Assembly (NCBI RefSeq): GCF_018977255.1
Contig: NW_024704743.1
Location: 86,430,001-86,494,000, forward strand
Reading direction: 5' to 3'
DNA: 64,000 nt
From: Callorhinchus milii
Lineage: Eukaryota
A program made the translations under genes and the position numbers. The notes under the pieces are model-generated. The model did no database searches. It saw only the letters and a list, made by a program, of their open reading frames with translations, and was not told the DNA's origin. Shown here in pieces: positions 40,037 to 53,892 of this stretch; the first letter of the stretch is position 1; every line of letters begins with the position of its first letter.

Positions 40037-40432
40037 CAGCAACAACAACAAATTGCAATTATATAGCGTACTTCACATTGGGATGATGACCTAATGCACT
40101 GGACAGTCAAGAATTTGCACCCGAGCTGGGGATTGGATTCAAGAGGGAATCTAGGGTGGAGGCAAAGAGATAGAGGTGGGTGTAATCTGCATACATGTAG
40201 AGTTGATCCCATGGCTGCAGATGGTATCACCTAGGCGGGAGCATGTAAATATTAAAGAGGAAAGGACCAAAGACAGAGCCCTGAGGAATGCCGCATGTAA
40301 ATGCAGGGGCTGTAGGAGAACTCATTTGCAAAGACAAAGTGGAGATGATGGGTAAGCATAACATTGAAACCAGGCTAGACAGAACCGTGAAGGTGGAGTT
40401 GAAAGGAAAGGTGGTGGAGAAGAATAAAGTGG
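40037..40432 (-). mobile_element. L2 LINE fragments (RT core joined to 3' end)
   Basis: Minus-strand [19 protein letters not shown] and a (GTT)n tail at 40040. Confidence 0.8.
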
Positions 40433-41126
40433 TTAACTTCCCTGCAGATACACAATGAGGATAGTTGGCTTGAAGAAATGTTACACAGATGTACCTAGCA
40501 TGCTCTTCATTAGAATACATTAAGATTCTACAAATTAATTAATAACCTGCAGGTTAACAATGTTCAAACGGATTTAGATGCCCCTGATTACTGCATTTAA
40601 TTGAATCAAAGGCAGATTGTAGAGTATTTGGGAAATAAATGGGAAATTTACTGCATTTGTTTGCCTTTACCACAGTTGATCTTGGAGTGCATGATGTTGT
40701 AACCCAAGGTGAGAAGGGAGTCAAGTGTTCTACCCACAGCGATGGTATTCCTTACCTTGCTATGCAAATAGAAAATATTGGAAATCAATTACATGGGATT
40801 CACAGTGGAGATTGCACATAATTTATAAACATGAAACCCACTAGTAATCAGATGTACTTCATGTTTAACCACAGGACCTCCACTCCAACACAATCTCTTT
40901 TCAGGCATGTTAGAGGGAAGATTTTTATGTTGGGCAGAGTGGGCAATGGGCAATTAACGTGGACAATGAGTACACAGCACTCAGGTTTGCAGAGTGAAAG
41001 GAATGTGCAGGTTGAAGGTGAACAAGGCCACAAGCTAATTGCAGGTCAAAATGAGGATGTTAAATCAATTTCCTGGAGGAAAGAGAGCTAGTCTAGCCTG
41101 GTAGTAATAGACATATGGATCCTAAT

Positions 41127-42216
41127 TAAATGCTTGACTGTCCAGCTGGGAAGGGGTTTATTGATCTTCTATTTAGGAAATCGATCATCTCCTTATTTCA
41201 CAGCTCCACAACCTTTGCTGCCAGCATTGTGCTGGCTGCACTCTTCATTAGAAACTCAAGCCCTCTTTCTGCCTGAGATATGGGATCCATTGGCGGTCAT
41301 CGGCCTGTTTATTTTTTCCCACACAATCACTTTGCAGGAGAAGATGTAAGTTATAAAGTGCTGGATGGGTTGTAGGCATTTGGAACCTAAAGCTCTGGAT
41401 GCAAAATAAAAGAACAGTTTAGATGTCAAGTTTTTGAGATGGTGAAGATGAGGGCTTTGGTTCTATTACAGGTAAGATAGGGATAGAGTGGGCGATATTT
41501 CAAAGAGGGAGTAAAATGGTCTTGTGAAAGACCAGATATAGCTTTTGATATATAGTGTAGAGTGAATGAAATACCAAGATTACAAACTGGATCCATGAGC
41601 TGGATTGAATGCCAAGGTCTTTTGACGACGTTGAAGCGTCGTCAAAATGAAAGAGACCCTGGTGGGTACCATGTAAGATAGCTTCACATTTTCTTACATT
41701 CATGAATTTAAACTCCCAAAGGTTTATAGTGGATAGACTTTGTGAGTCCAAATTGCAAAAGTATTTGTAAAAAGCAATTCCTGGAAGTTTTCTTGGATGA
41801 CTGGAACTCTGCTAGAAAGCTGAATTTGGGGCTGAGATCACTATCGAAGCTGAGATCATCATCAGAACTGAGTAATGAGGTCACAGCCAGGATTTGCTCT
41901 TTACTTATCTTTTTCTAGATCTTCAGTTTAAATCCAATTGTTACACTTAGCTGTTTCACTGGAACATATCAAACAGAAACTGATCTCTTAAATTTTAACC
42001 TTCCCAGAGAGTGACAGATAGCCATGGAGAATAATTTAAATGCTTGACGTGTCCAGCTGAGAAGAGGTTTATTGATCTTCTATTTAAGAGGTCATCTCCT
42101 TATTTCACAGCTCCACAACCTTTGCTTCTCCATTAGAAATTCAAGCCCTCTTCCTGCCTGAGACATGGGATCCAATCAGGGTCACTGGCCTGTTTATTGT
42201 TTCTCACACAATCACT
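41127..42216. repeat. ~200 bp diverged direct repeat (41127-41331 and 42037-42216)
   Basis: taaatgcttgac..gtccagctg..ggtttattgatcttctattta...cacaatcact in both; the second copy has a ~20 bp deletion. Confidence 0.85.
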
Positions 42217-45200
42217 CTAAATGGTAAAATATCAGCACACTTTGCAAAAAAAATTTGAATGATAAATATTTACCTTAAATCCTTGTTTTTTTAAAAAAAC
42301 AGTAGCTTGCAACAAATATGATCAGACTGCCTCTGGCATGTAAGTTAACACTTCAAAACACCTGGTCATGTCTTACGAGCAGGGTGTGAGCTTCAAATTC
42401 ATATAGCACGACTGCCATGTGTGGTCCAGCAGATGTTCTTCACTGAGACTCTAATCGCATCAAACAGGCACAATTTTGTTTTAACAAAACCCAAGGCTAA
42501 AACCAGGCCTGAAGATTTACAAGATTATTTTACAAGAACATATTATACACAAATGAGATGTCAGTTTCAATTACATGTTTACTTTTACTCTAAAAATAGC
42601 CTGTATCTCTGTTTCTGGATCACTTTTCCACTAGGGGTGCCATTTGACCTGTACTATTGGGAGTGCAGTAGCCATGCTTGATTTAAATGATCGAGTTTAT
42701 TTGCACTAGTTTATCGGTACCATGGAAAAGCCTGCTGGGCAGTCAACAAAGAGTGGTTTCACTATATTTGCGCTTTTCTTTAATTTTCAAATTCCCTCCC
42801 AACTCTAGATGTGTTTTGGTTAACCCCTGCTGCACCATTCCATCAAGAATACATCTCCGTTTATCAAAACACTTTTACTCCAAAGTGCATCATTTACTGT
42901 TACTCATTTACTCTACTGTTACAGTACAATTGCTCAATGCTGACATAGTAAGGGAAGAATTTGTTCTTCCATGTGACCACAAAGGATGAAAGTCTGACTT
43001 GTCCCAGCCATAGAGAGAGAATGAATTGCACTCAGTTTTCTATAAATACAACCATCATTGATCACAGCAGCCAAGAGATGGCTCATAAAATTGTTATAAT
43101 AATAATACAAATTTTCTTTTTTTTCTAGTTAACCGGGTGCCTGCCATATGTGGAAACCCATCACCACACTTAAAAATGTTCAAACCAGACTGACAGTGCC
43201 AGACAAAAATGCAAAAAATCATCAATTTAGTACTGGCTACCAAACACGGTAGGTGATAATTCACAATCAACCTCAGGATTTTGTCAATTGATCAGAGCTT
43301 GAATCTTCCTCATCCAGCGAGGGTGGAGATGATGCCATTTCGATAGAAAATATATGAAATATCAAAACACTTTTTCAACCCCTTTGCCAATACAAATAAA
43401 TTGGAGTTATTTTAATTCCTCAATAACCTGCCTCCAGCCAGGTGTAACTGTAGAAAACAAAAGATTGAAACCCCTATTTTGCCTTCAGTTGTCCATTCCA
43501 CTGGACAACTTAGCCATGTGATCTTTCTTCACAGTATAAGGCTAGAATTGCATGTCAGCCAACTACAACATCGATAGCGAACTTAATCTTACCCTTACTT
43601 TTGGGTCATGGAGGAAAGGAAAAGAATTCTCCAGGTAATGATCAGGAGCACTATGGTGGCCTGATTTTCCCCCCTCCCTAGCCTCGTAGCACCGAGCCCA
43701 AATGTAGCACCTCAACTTTGGCTGAGATTGACCTAATTTGCCATAGACCGGGAATTGAACTTGGGGCTTTCCTGAACTATACGGCTCAGTTTCACGCCCG
43801 GGAATTGTAGTTTATTATTTTACTTCAGATTTTTAAAGAAACACTATTAGTCTCATAAAAACAACAACTATGGAACATAGTTACTAATGAATGTTGATCC
43901 AATATAGTCATCGCTCACAGTTATCTTCCAAAGGACCAAGATAGTAACTGACAGAGACTGATACTGCATTTGTACTGCAGGGAGCAAAGCAGCTGGACTC
44001 CCTGCAGTGTGGCATGTAAAATGAGAAGTCTCATTTATACATTTCCTTCTACTCTGCTTCAAATCAACACTGATAAAAAATAAACATTTGATTTCAACAT
44101 TTTCTTTGAATACACTTTCAACCAGTCATGTGCAGAAGACCGATATTGAATGTGTTTTAGTATAATAATCCTATAATCCTTGCATTTGATATAAGGTCTA
44201 ATCATTTTGTTAAGACATCTCAAACCTTTTCACAGGATTTACTGTAATGTATAATGACTGGGAAAATTCCAGTAAATGCAATAGCCAATGTGCCACAGCA
44301 ATCATAAAATTAATGATTAATTTTAACTGGGGAATTGTTGGCCAGGACACCAGGAGAACTCCCTTCTCTTTTTAAGTAGAGCTTTGGAAAATGGGACCAA
44401 AGCTGTCATGCATATCATGCCAAGCTGTGTTGCCCACCAGGAAGCTTTCAGGGAGTTCCTGGTACCTACCATCCACCTAGTGAGGGCTCAAACCCATGTT
44501 TGTCAGATGCCAAATGACAACTAGTAACTATCCTCCTTGGGAGGAAGTGGGGTCTCCTTGGACCTGAACTGGCTCCATGGTGACATGTTTCTCAATGGAA
44601 TGTCAGAATGGAGCCAATAGTCCATTGTGCAAGCCAAAGCCTAACCGGTAGGGTGTCCTAAACTGGACAAGCAGTGGGAAAATTTGCCAGACAGTGCTAT
44701 CAATGGCAAGCTGTGTGGTTTTGGCTGGTTAGGCCAGCAGACTCTAGGGTCCCCAAGCCTTGGCTCTTGCCAACCTGCGCATAATACTTTCCGGAAGTAG
44801 GTAAGCAGGATGCGTCCCTCCAGGCAGAGAGTGCACATTCCTTTCCAGTAAATATCTCTGGAATTTCCATGTATGGTAGGATGCATGGAACTCTGTTTGG
44901 TTTGGATACCCTAAAGCATCGTGAAGGGTCACCTGGCTGACCCCCAAAAATTAATATCCATCTGAATAGGCAAATGGAATCTCAGTTTAAAAACTCATCC
45001 AAAGGACAGAATTTTTACTAATGTTGAAGAGCTGGTGGCTTTAAAAACATTAAACATATTCTGCGAAAAGGGTTGGCTCGAGAACTTTGAGGACCACATA
45101 AAATTAGCCCAGACAATCACTGCCAAAATAGTAACGATTTGCCAAATATGCACAATAACACTGCACGAAAGATGCCTTAATTCATCATGGCATCTACTGA

Positions 45201-45299
45201 ACTGCTTGGGTATAAAGTCACAGTTTAACAGAAATGGCTCATTTTCTTATTAGTTTGATTTATGTTTTTGAGCTTATCATGTTGAGAATTGTCAGAGAC

Positions 45300-46015
45300 G
45301 TCAGCACTTTGAAGCAAACAGTTTTCACATTCAGAACACTTCACCATCGAGCACTCTCAGGACAGGCATACAGACCTGCTGATTGTTCATTTGAAATGAG
45401 ACTTGCTCAGTTTCATGCAAAATTGTAAATTATGTTGATGGATTCCATTGTGAAATACAAACAGAGTGTCATATATTTCAATAGATTTGGGATTTGTCTC
45501 ACTCTTTTTCAGCATAAATTTCACTGCTAACATTTCTCTGATGTTGATGAGAACATCTGGGCTCAACATATTCAGAGCAAAGGTCCCTCTACTCTGCTTA
45601 ACAACGCATCTTGGCCCTAATCTGTGAATTGCACCAGTATGAACTTTTTCATTTTCCAAATCAGGCAAGGTTAGCCTGAGCAAAATCCTTTCACATAGAA
45701 TGCTACATTATGAAAACAGGTCAATAGGCTATAGTCCATGCTAGCTTTTGTTTCAATTAGCAATGGCTTTGGGCGTGGACCACAAAGAAATGGATTCAGT
45801 TCCCACTTCATGAAGGATGCATTGGAGAGAAGACTTTCATCATTAGGGCTGGATGCAAACTGCATGTCCCAGAGGTGAAGTCCCAGAAAGATAGGGCATA
45901 AGCTCCATAGAAGAAATGCAAAAACTCAAATAAATGTGAGGGAATGGTATGGCATCGATCAGTCTCATTCTTGTTCCTGGGTTTCTCTGATTTTATGTCC
46001 TCTGAAAGCATTATT
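45300..46015 (-). mobile_element. Decayed piggyBac-family transposase fossil (C-terminal half)
   Basis: Collinear remnants: RNKNETDRCHTIP...YALSF/GT (cf. RNITCDNWFTSIP...YKLTIVGT), PNDESLLS, KPLLIETKASMD (cf. KP...YNQTKGGVD), LSPDVLINIREML, and Cys-rich end YACPESAR..KCSEC.KTVC. Compared with the T. ni piggyBac sequence from memory. Confidence 0.6.
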
Positions 46016-47189
46016 TCAGTCCATTATAATAGCAGAGAATACAGAGTACAGTTATAACTGGGCACTTCATTCCAAGAGTGAAAAGATCTCAGAGCTCAAG
46101 GGAATATTGCCTACTGCTACAATGATAATGCTTTGTTAAAAATACTGCGTATCAGTTCCCAAATCCAGGGCTCCTGATTCTCTATTGTGCATCCTATTTA
46201 TGTAACACATTAAAAACACAAATTCATGTAAATATTAAATTTGCTATATTGTAAAACAAAGGAAAAACTGATATAGAAAGTGTTTTATGGCACTTATCTA
46301 ACTAAATAGTTCAGCAACTCTATATTGAGAATAACGGGTTATCTGTGAGTACTGTCTTATAATCCATTAGATGGCTACAGATAATGCCATCAACTGCATG
46401 GGATGATTCTATCTGTTATCTGAGCTGCCAGATTAGATTTTCAGCATGAAATCACTCTGCAAATTCTGTGATTGATTTTAAAACCCTGTCAGATACTGCT
46501 TGATATTGGTCAGTGCTGATGTTGACAGCTAAGCTGCTCCATGTTATTGAAGCATGATGAAGGTATTCAAAATTGCAATGCCATTCCTGTAAACTCATCA
46601 CTTGAATTTGCTTACTTGGAAGTAATAAGATTAGTATTAGTTACTTTTCCACTTTTCTTCATTCACCTCCTCCTCTCCTGAAGGTTTTTGACTCTTTCTG
46701 ATGGCATTTTTTCCATGGGTAAAGGGCTCTCGCCAGTAGCTTGCTTAAGTAGCCATTATTCTTGTGTCAGTCTTGGCAATAAGTGTTGGCAGGTTTTCAA
46801 CAATGGGGAGGCTGATCCTTACTGCAGTACCCACACATGAGCAGCGTCCATTAATCTTGTAGAGTGACATAATAATAATAACTCGCATTTATATAACACA
46901 TTACATGTAAAATGAACCTCTCAATGCAAATTACAAAATAGAATTCTTTGAAAGTGAAGAACTGAGAATGAACACGAGGTAGGTAAACACTGGTAACAGA
47001 CACACAAACAAAGTTTCAAATACAATAATATTCTCATGCAGTTTATTTGGTGACAGCACCGATATGTTGATATCCTCACAGGCACACCAAGTAACTATTA
47101 CTCTCAAAAGCATATATTTGTTTGACAGAAAGATGTGTCAACTCTCCCTAACCAAAGGACAAGAACCCAGCTTAGGACATAATACAATG

Positions 47190-48043
47190 TGGTTAGAAAC
47201 CCTTGTCCATGCCTTTGCCACTTCCTGGCTGGACTATTCCAATGCCCTCCTCACTGTTCTCCCCAGCTCCAACATACAGAAAATCCAATTAATTCAAAAC
47301 TCCGCCACCCGGATACTCACAAAACTATATCACATCAGTCCTTGCCAGGCTCCACTGGCTCCCAATTACACTCTCAAATCTCTTCATGCCCTCACACCTC
47401 CTTATCAATCTGATCTGCTTAGGACTTGTGGAGTCCTGTAGCTCAGTGGTTAGAGCATTCGCTTGGCAAGCGAGAGACCTGGTTCGATTCCTGGTAGGGT
47501 GAAACCTTGGGCAAGTTTCCTTACTTCACACCCTGATAATAATCCCTCAAAAAAAAAATTGGTCATTTCAATCCATGACTGTTTGTAGGACACTGCTGTG
47601 TGCAATTGGCTGCCGCATTTCATCCACAAATATACAGTCAATTCACTTTACAGTCTATTCTGTGAAGCGCTTCGAGATGTCTCGAAGATGTGAAAAGCGC
47701 TATATCAAATGCAAGGATTATTATTATTATTATTACCACTCCATCACCTGCTGCCTCTGCTCAGCTGACTCTGGCCTCCTGTTTATTGCTCGTCTCCTCC
47801 TCTCCACCATTGGGGCCGTGCCTTCATCCACTACACCCTGGAACTATCTTCTCCAATCCCGCCGCATTGCTCCCTCCCTCACCACTTTCAAATCCCACCT
47901 AAAGACCTTTCTTTTTGATTGTGCTTACGGTCACCTCCCCCCTCCCTTTCCCCTTGGCTCGGTGTCAGACTCCACTACTCTCAAGCACTCTGGGACGCTA
48001 CCGCACGTGAAGGAGTATAACTTCACCTTGTTGTTGTTGTTGT
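47190..48043 (+). mobile_element. L2 LINE 3' fragment interrupted by a SINE
   Basis: ETLVHAFATSWLDYSNALL..LP...IQKIQLIQNSATRILTK before the SINE; after 47736 SADSGLL..WNYL..SLTTFKSHLKTFLF and a (GTT)n tail. Confidence 0.85.
47430..47735 (+). mobile_element. Full-length tRNA-derived SINE, short subfamily, inserted in L2
   Basis: Same head and tail as the other copies; B box GGTTCGATTCC is canonical here. Confidence 0.9.
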
Positions 48044-48774
48044 AGAACGTCTACCTGGCTCACATTAGGAAAGTGTCCCAACTGGTACCTTTGCTATTGA
48101 TAGCATTGTTGTAAGCTAACCCCAGAATCAATGATCGGAAGTGGCTTGCTGTTTTTATTACTACAGATTGATAATAGCTTCTTATCCTCAAGTAGGTGTA
48201 AGAAAAGCTGTTAATGTCATTCAGTTGGAACGGAAAAGTGTAATGGTTTACATGACCTTTATCTTAACAATTTTGCTGCTTATTTTTTCAGCTCTCAAGA
48301 AATTGTATTGACATAGCTGACAAATTAAAACAATAGTCAAAACCTAAGGAATAGCAGACATTATTTCAACTCCTCACAGAAGATGAAATGACTCATGGAC
48401 AAATTCATCAAACAAGTCATCATGTTCCATCACAATCTATGAGCTCATTGGCCAGGACGTGTGCTTTCAGATGCCCAGTGGGATGTTCGTTAAATGAAAT
48501 GTTCCTTGTACATATGAATGCCATGGATGCACACATTCAGTATGTAAAGCAGTTACATTTGCAGACGACACAAGTTGGGGGAATCAGAGGAGGTTGCAAA
48601 GGTATTTATTTCATGGCTGTTTGTGGGACATTGCTATTTGCAGGTTAATTATCCCATTCACTTGTAAAATATATAGTCACTATGCTTTACAGTAAATACT
48701 GTGAAGGACTTTGAAACATCTTCTGGATGTGAAAAGCATTAAATCAACTGCAAAGATTGTTATTATTTAGAAGG

Positions 48775-49090
48775 CCTAGAAAGAGAGCTTGATGGGCTAT
48801 GCATATGGGCTGATAACTGGTACATGAAATTTAAACTCAGATCAAAAAAACAATAGAACAAGAAAACATAGGTTTAAAGTTATAAAGGGCAATTTTAGGC
48901 TAGATTCTAGGAAGCTTTTTTATAAGCACAGGGTAATTATTAACTGGAACAGGTTGCGAGGAAAGGTGATAGAGACCAGGACATTGGACTCATTTATAAA
49001 ACATCTTAATGCTGCGATGGGGGATGGTAGGGTGAGATTGAATGGTCCAAAGGGCCTTATACATCCAAACTCATCTTGTGTTCTTGTGTT
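48775..49090 (+). mobile_element. CR1 fragments, decayed
   Basis: tgggctgataactggtacatgaaatttaa (WADNW.MKF) joined to a 3' region ending catcttgtgttcttgtg. Confidence 0.55.
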
Positions 49091-51664
49091 TGACAATTGC
49101 CTGTAGTGGTATGTTTATAGTCAGTGCATGAGAAAGCATGAGTGCTTAACAATATCCCATCATTCTGAACAGCATAACCGCCAGGCAATGCATCCATTGT
49201 ATAAACTGTGTTTTGCAAGAAATGTAAATATCACATAGATTCTTGAAACTTCACCTAAGAGGAGATCTAGTCATAGAGCCGAAGTCTTGAAAGTTGGTAT
49301 GATGTTCAGGGTATTCACTACAGAAAATGCACATGTTGTTTCATGCAGTCAAACTGTTCAACAACTTTGTTTAACCACACCAACCCTTGTCTTGGAGTTG
49401 TTCCCCTTGACAAAAAAGGTCAAAAAGGACAATGAAGATTTAGTTACTGGGTGCCACATTAAAGTGAGCACATGGTAACAGTACGACCACATCGGGAGCT
49501 TTCAGAATATGTGTAAAAAAGCATTTTAGGCAAACCTTCAAAAATGCTCTTATGATAGTTTAAGTTAAATCAACATTATTAAAAAATGCAATATAAAGTA
49601 AACAACAATAGCAACAAATTACATTTGTATAGTGCCTTTCACGTCGGGAGGAGTAAAGAACTTCATACGTTCAGCCACAAGATCTGAGTAGAAAATTATT
49701 TAGGTTCCTTCACATACTGCAAAACAACTAATCTCTGTTTCAGATTAACGCATTTCCCTCTCGTACCATTAAACTTGGAACTCTATTAAAGTTAACTGCT
49801 GGCTTGCCCCTCCTAATCTCTTACTCTCCCTCTTTCTCAATGTAGTGTCTCACTGTTTCTCTTGCTCTGCTCCTCTTGCTAATTTTAGATTATGACTCTG
49901 GATACTTAAAATGCAGTGCCAAACTGGAAGCATTACTATATTCTGATTCACTAATACTTTTGCATTGGCTCTGGCCTTGTGGTGAATGCTTATGCCAATG
50001 GTGGCCCCACTGAACAGTAGACTAAAGTTGGTCTTAATTTGGACGCCGTTCCTTTTTTTAAGATCTGCATTTTTAATGTTTTTTTTTTACCTCACTTCAA
50101 ATTATAGCTGTAGAGTTCATTACGATGGTTGTAGTTACTGATCAAGGAGATCATACTGAGTGTGGAGTTTGTGAAGAATTTTTTTGTGTTTGCATATCAA
50201 ACGCAATTTCACTGCATTTTTTGAGTGCTAACCCCTTCTATGTACATTTTTATATAGAATTAATTGAGTCATATAAAAATGAATAGGAAATGCATTATTA
50301 AGATTTTCATTAAGTGTTGTGGAACACAGCACACAATTAGGCAGTGGAAAGAGGGTTTCAATATATAATCCTTTTAGCATTGTGAATTAGCTCACCTTAC
50401 TTAAAAATACGTAAATTCTTTTCAAATGTAACATATTCTATTCCAGATAAATTTCAATAGTAACTTAGTAACTTATATTCTATCGCAAATAAGTTTCAAT
50501 ATTAGCCAATATTCTATCTCAAAAGTAAAAGGCAAATATTACACAAGAAGCAATATTTTATGATTTACTGTGTAACTACAATAAAAATAGGATTTTCTTG
50601 TGAATTTCTTTAACAAGCTGAATAAAGTCTATTTCTGCAATTGTTTTAGCTGTTGATATGATTTTTGGACACAGCAAGCTGCTGTAGTTTAAACTCATCA
50701 TTGTCCTCCTCTTGGTGGTTTTATGAAACCATGTCAGATTAGACTCTTATTATAAGGAGCTAGATACAGAACAACAGTGCTCCTTCTATCACGCACACGA
50801 GTTAGGTAAAACTTACGTCAACATAATTTAATGGTACCTCAAATTCCACTGGTTAATGTGACATTTAATGACTAATCATGGTGATATAGCTTATTACAGA
50901 GCATGTCATGTTCACAGGGGAAGCTTGTGGCCCTGTTGTATTAATGACCACAGGGTGCTCTAGACACTGTTGATGAATGGGCCATAAAATATGGTGGAGG
51001 TTAAAGCCTATTGCTTTTTCATGCCATTTAGCTCCTGTAATTTGTGATGTTTTATGACATTTACTGCAGACTGAGTTGAACATGACTCTGTGTCTGGTAT
51101 GATCTGTCCCTTAGTCAAGCTCAGGTTTCAGATCTAAAGCTTCAAGGTCAAGACAAAAGAGGGCACAAAGTAAGATGTATGAAATCTATAAGTCAGCTCA
51201 CAAATGGAAAACAAAGTCAGATGGATTCTTGCATTAAATATGCTTAACCACTGAACTTCAGCAGTGTGGTTGGAAAGGTATTAATGCCTATGAAAGCCTT
51301 CCAGTGTTTATCAAAATATCATCATTTATTCTCATGAGAACAGAATAAGTTTTTGTCTATATATCTATCTATGTATGTATCTTAACAATTTTGATTCCAG
51401 ACAAATCCTTAATTACATCATTTTAAATTTGGTATTTATGTTCTGAGAATAGACATAACCCAGAGACAATAAAAATCAAATCATTACAAGGAATTATGAT
51501 GAACTATTTTTTATTTCTGTTGACTATGATGTTTAATGCTATTATTTAAACAGCAATAGTAAAATTGAGAATTCCACGTTTTCCCATCACACATGGCAGA
51601 CCACCCCACCCAACACCACCCCCACAACCGACTTCTCAAAACAGTTGGATTCGGAGTACCTTTT

Positions 51665-51805
51665 TAATAATAATAATCCTTGCATTTCATACAGCACCTT
51701 ATCTCACGTTGAGATGTCTCAAAGCGCTTCACAGAATATATTACAAAGTGGATTGATTGTATATTTTGTAGGCAAAACGCGTGCCACAAACCGTCATGGA
51801 TTGAG
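51665..51805 (-). mobile_element. SINE 3' tail fragment
   Basis: (AAT)n-ccttgcatttcatacagcacc...tctcaaagcgcttcacagaatata. Confidence 0.8.
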
Positions 51806-53257
51806 TATAACATGACCATAACACCGTCAGAAACTCACTTCTCTTTTGGAATATTACCATGGAATCGTTAACTTTCACCTGAAAAGGTAGATGGGAACTT
51901 AGTTTAACATTTCATCGGGCCCTGACCAATACTGTGTAGGAGTATCAGCCTAGATTGAGTAAATGTCCCGACATAGGCTTGAATCCACAATCTTCTTTCT
52001 CAGAAACAGGAGGGCAACCAACTGAGTAAGGTGGACATCTGGTATTATCACATCTGATAGTTGTCAGATTGTATTTTGTATTTTCCTTTTCTCCCATAAT
52101 CAGACTTTATTAAATCAGAAAATTGAAATTGACTATGAAGAATCAATCTGTAATTCTTATGACTATTGTGAAGTTACTTTTTTCCATTATATACTGTTCT
52201 TTTCCATGGCCATATGTTGTGAAGATGTTCAACTTTTTTTTCTTGGAACGCAGTTTTAGAAGATGCAGTGAGAGAACTTATGACAATGATCTCTGCCTTT
52301 CACCCATAGCTATTACCTCTGTGCGTTCAAGAAGCCAGGGGCAAAGGTCAGTTCCAGGAGTCCACAAACCAAACAGTTATGAAATTGATCTTTACTTTTA
52401 AAAGCTAGATGCTAGCTCCCTGATGACTCAGCCAGTAGAGCGAAACTGAGGAATACAGACCAGATATATCCATGGCTTGACTCCCAGCCTGTGTTGATTG
52501 AGCTTCAAAACACAGTCACTAGACTTGACAGTTATTACTGCAAATTTGTTGAGATATTTTGACATGATACAGTGATAAAAAACAAGTTTTTTTTAGTGTG
52601 GAGCATTTTATCGTTCCAATAGGAAATCCACATCAGATGAGTGAATGGAACTGGCTTGAAACATTGAAATTCTGTGCTCAGAGCAAGTATGAATTAATGT
52701 GATGTTAATAGACACTGGGCTTTTCAGATGACAAATTTTAAACATGACATAAGAACGGTCAAATCCAGTGCCACCTGCAGGTCCACCAGAGGCTCTTCCC
52801 TGGCAACAATTCTAATCTCAAAAAGCCTAAACTGTATTCCTTACTTTGACCTTTAAGGATCATGCGCTTCTCACAGCTGTTAAAACCCAGAGGACAAATA
52901 AGCTATGCCCCATTTGCAGTGCACTTTCAGGATTTCTGCCCAATGTAGTTTTCACTTTTAATGATGATTCAACGTACTTTTTGCATGAAATGACGCTGGA
53001 GGTGAAAAATGAGTCCACTTTTAAAAGCATCAATCCACTGTTGAGCTTCATTTACAGAGTTGCTTTGGCAATGGAGTGAATGCAATTGCTGCAGTGTTAA
53101 TGCAGTTTTACTGTGCCCACTTCAAACAAACCCTTCAAATGAATTAAAAGTATGAACATGTCTGGGTGGCTAATCATTGTATAATGTTACTATAGGCCTG
53201 GTTACACTTCTGGTTTGAGTTATCATTAATGTTACTAAAATGTTAGAAAGTTGGTAT

Positions 53258-53892
53258 CAGCCCGGTTCAGTTGGTAGCACCTCTCACATCTGAGTCAGCA
53301 GTTTGTGGGTTCCAGGTCCACAGGGGAACATTGAGCTCAAAGTCTAGACTCTAGGCTCACACTCCAGGGTCAACTGCTGAGGGAGCCCTGCACTGTTGGA
53401 GATTATGTCCTTCAGGCGAGTTATTAACCGGAGGCCCTGACTGCCAGTTCAGGTGGGTGTTAAAGATCCCATGACACTATGAAAAGAGAAAGGAGTTTCT
53501 CCCAGTGTCTTGGTCAAAAATCCTCCCAAGTAAAATTGATCAACAACAATAACAATGACAAATTTCCATTTATATAATGCCTTTCACATCAGGTGGATGT
53601 CCCAAGGTGCTGGACAGTCCAGGGTTTGCACCTGAGCTAGGGGTGGGAGCCGAGTGAGGTAGGGGCTGAGGGAGATGGGAGGGGTGGAAAGGTGACCGAA
53701 GGTGTGGTCAACAAGGAATATCTTGAGGCGGACCTCAAAGGAGGTGAATGAAGGAGCAAGACAGAGGGACTCCAGGTTGGAGTTTCAGAAAATGGGGTTT
53801 CAGTTCACGGCTGTTTGTGGGACATTGTTGTGTGCAAAATGGCAGCCACATTTTCACACCAGGAAGTATGAATCCTGTGAAGTACTTTGAGA
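53258..53892 (+). mobile_element. Old Deu-domain SINE interrupted by a minus-strand L2 3' end (~53543-53798)
   Basis: tRNA-like head ggttcagttggtagcacc..tctgagtcag..gtgggttc and Deu core; SINE tail resumes at ~53805 (ctgtttgtgggacattg). Confidence 0.7.

Noticed and set aside
50700..50722. CTCF-like motif (also near 52782)
   Set aside because: Only a partial match to the consensus; not distinguishable from chance by eye.
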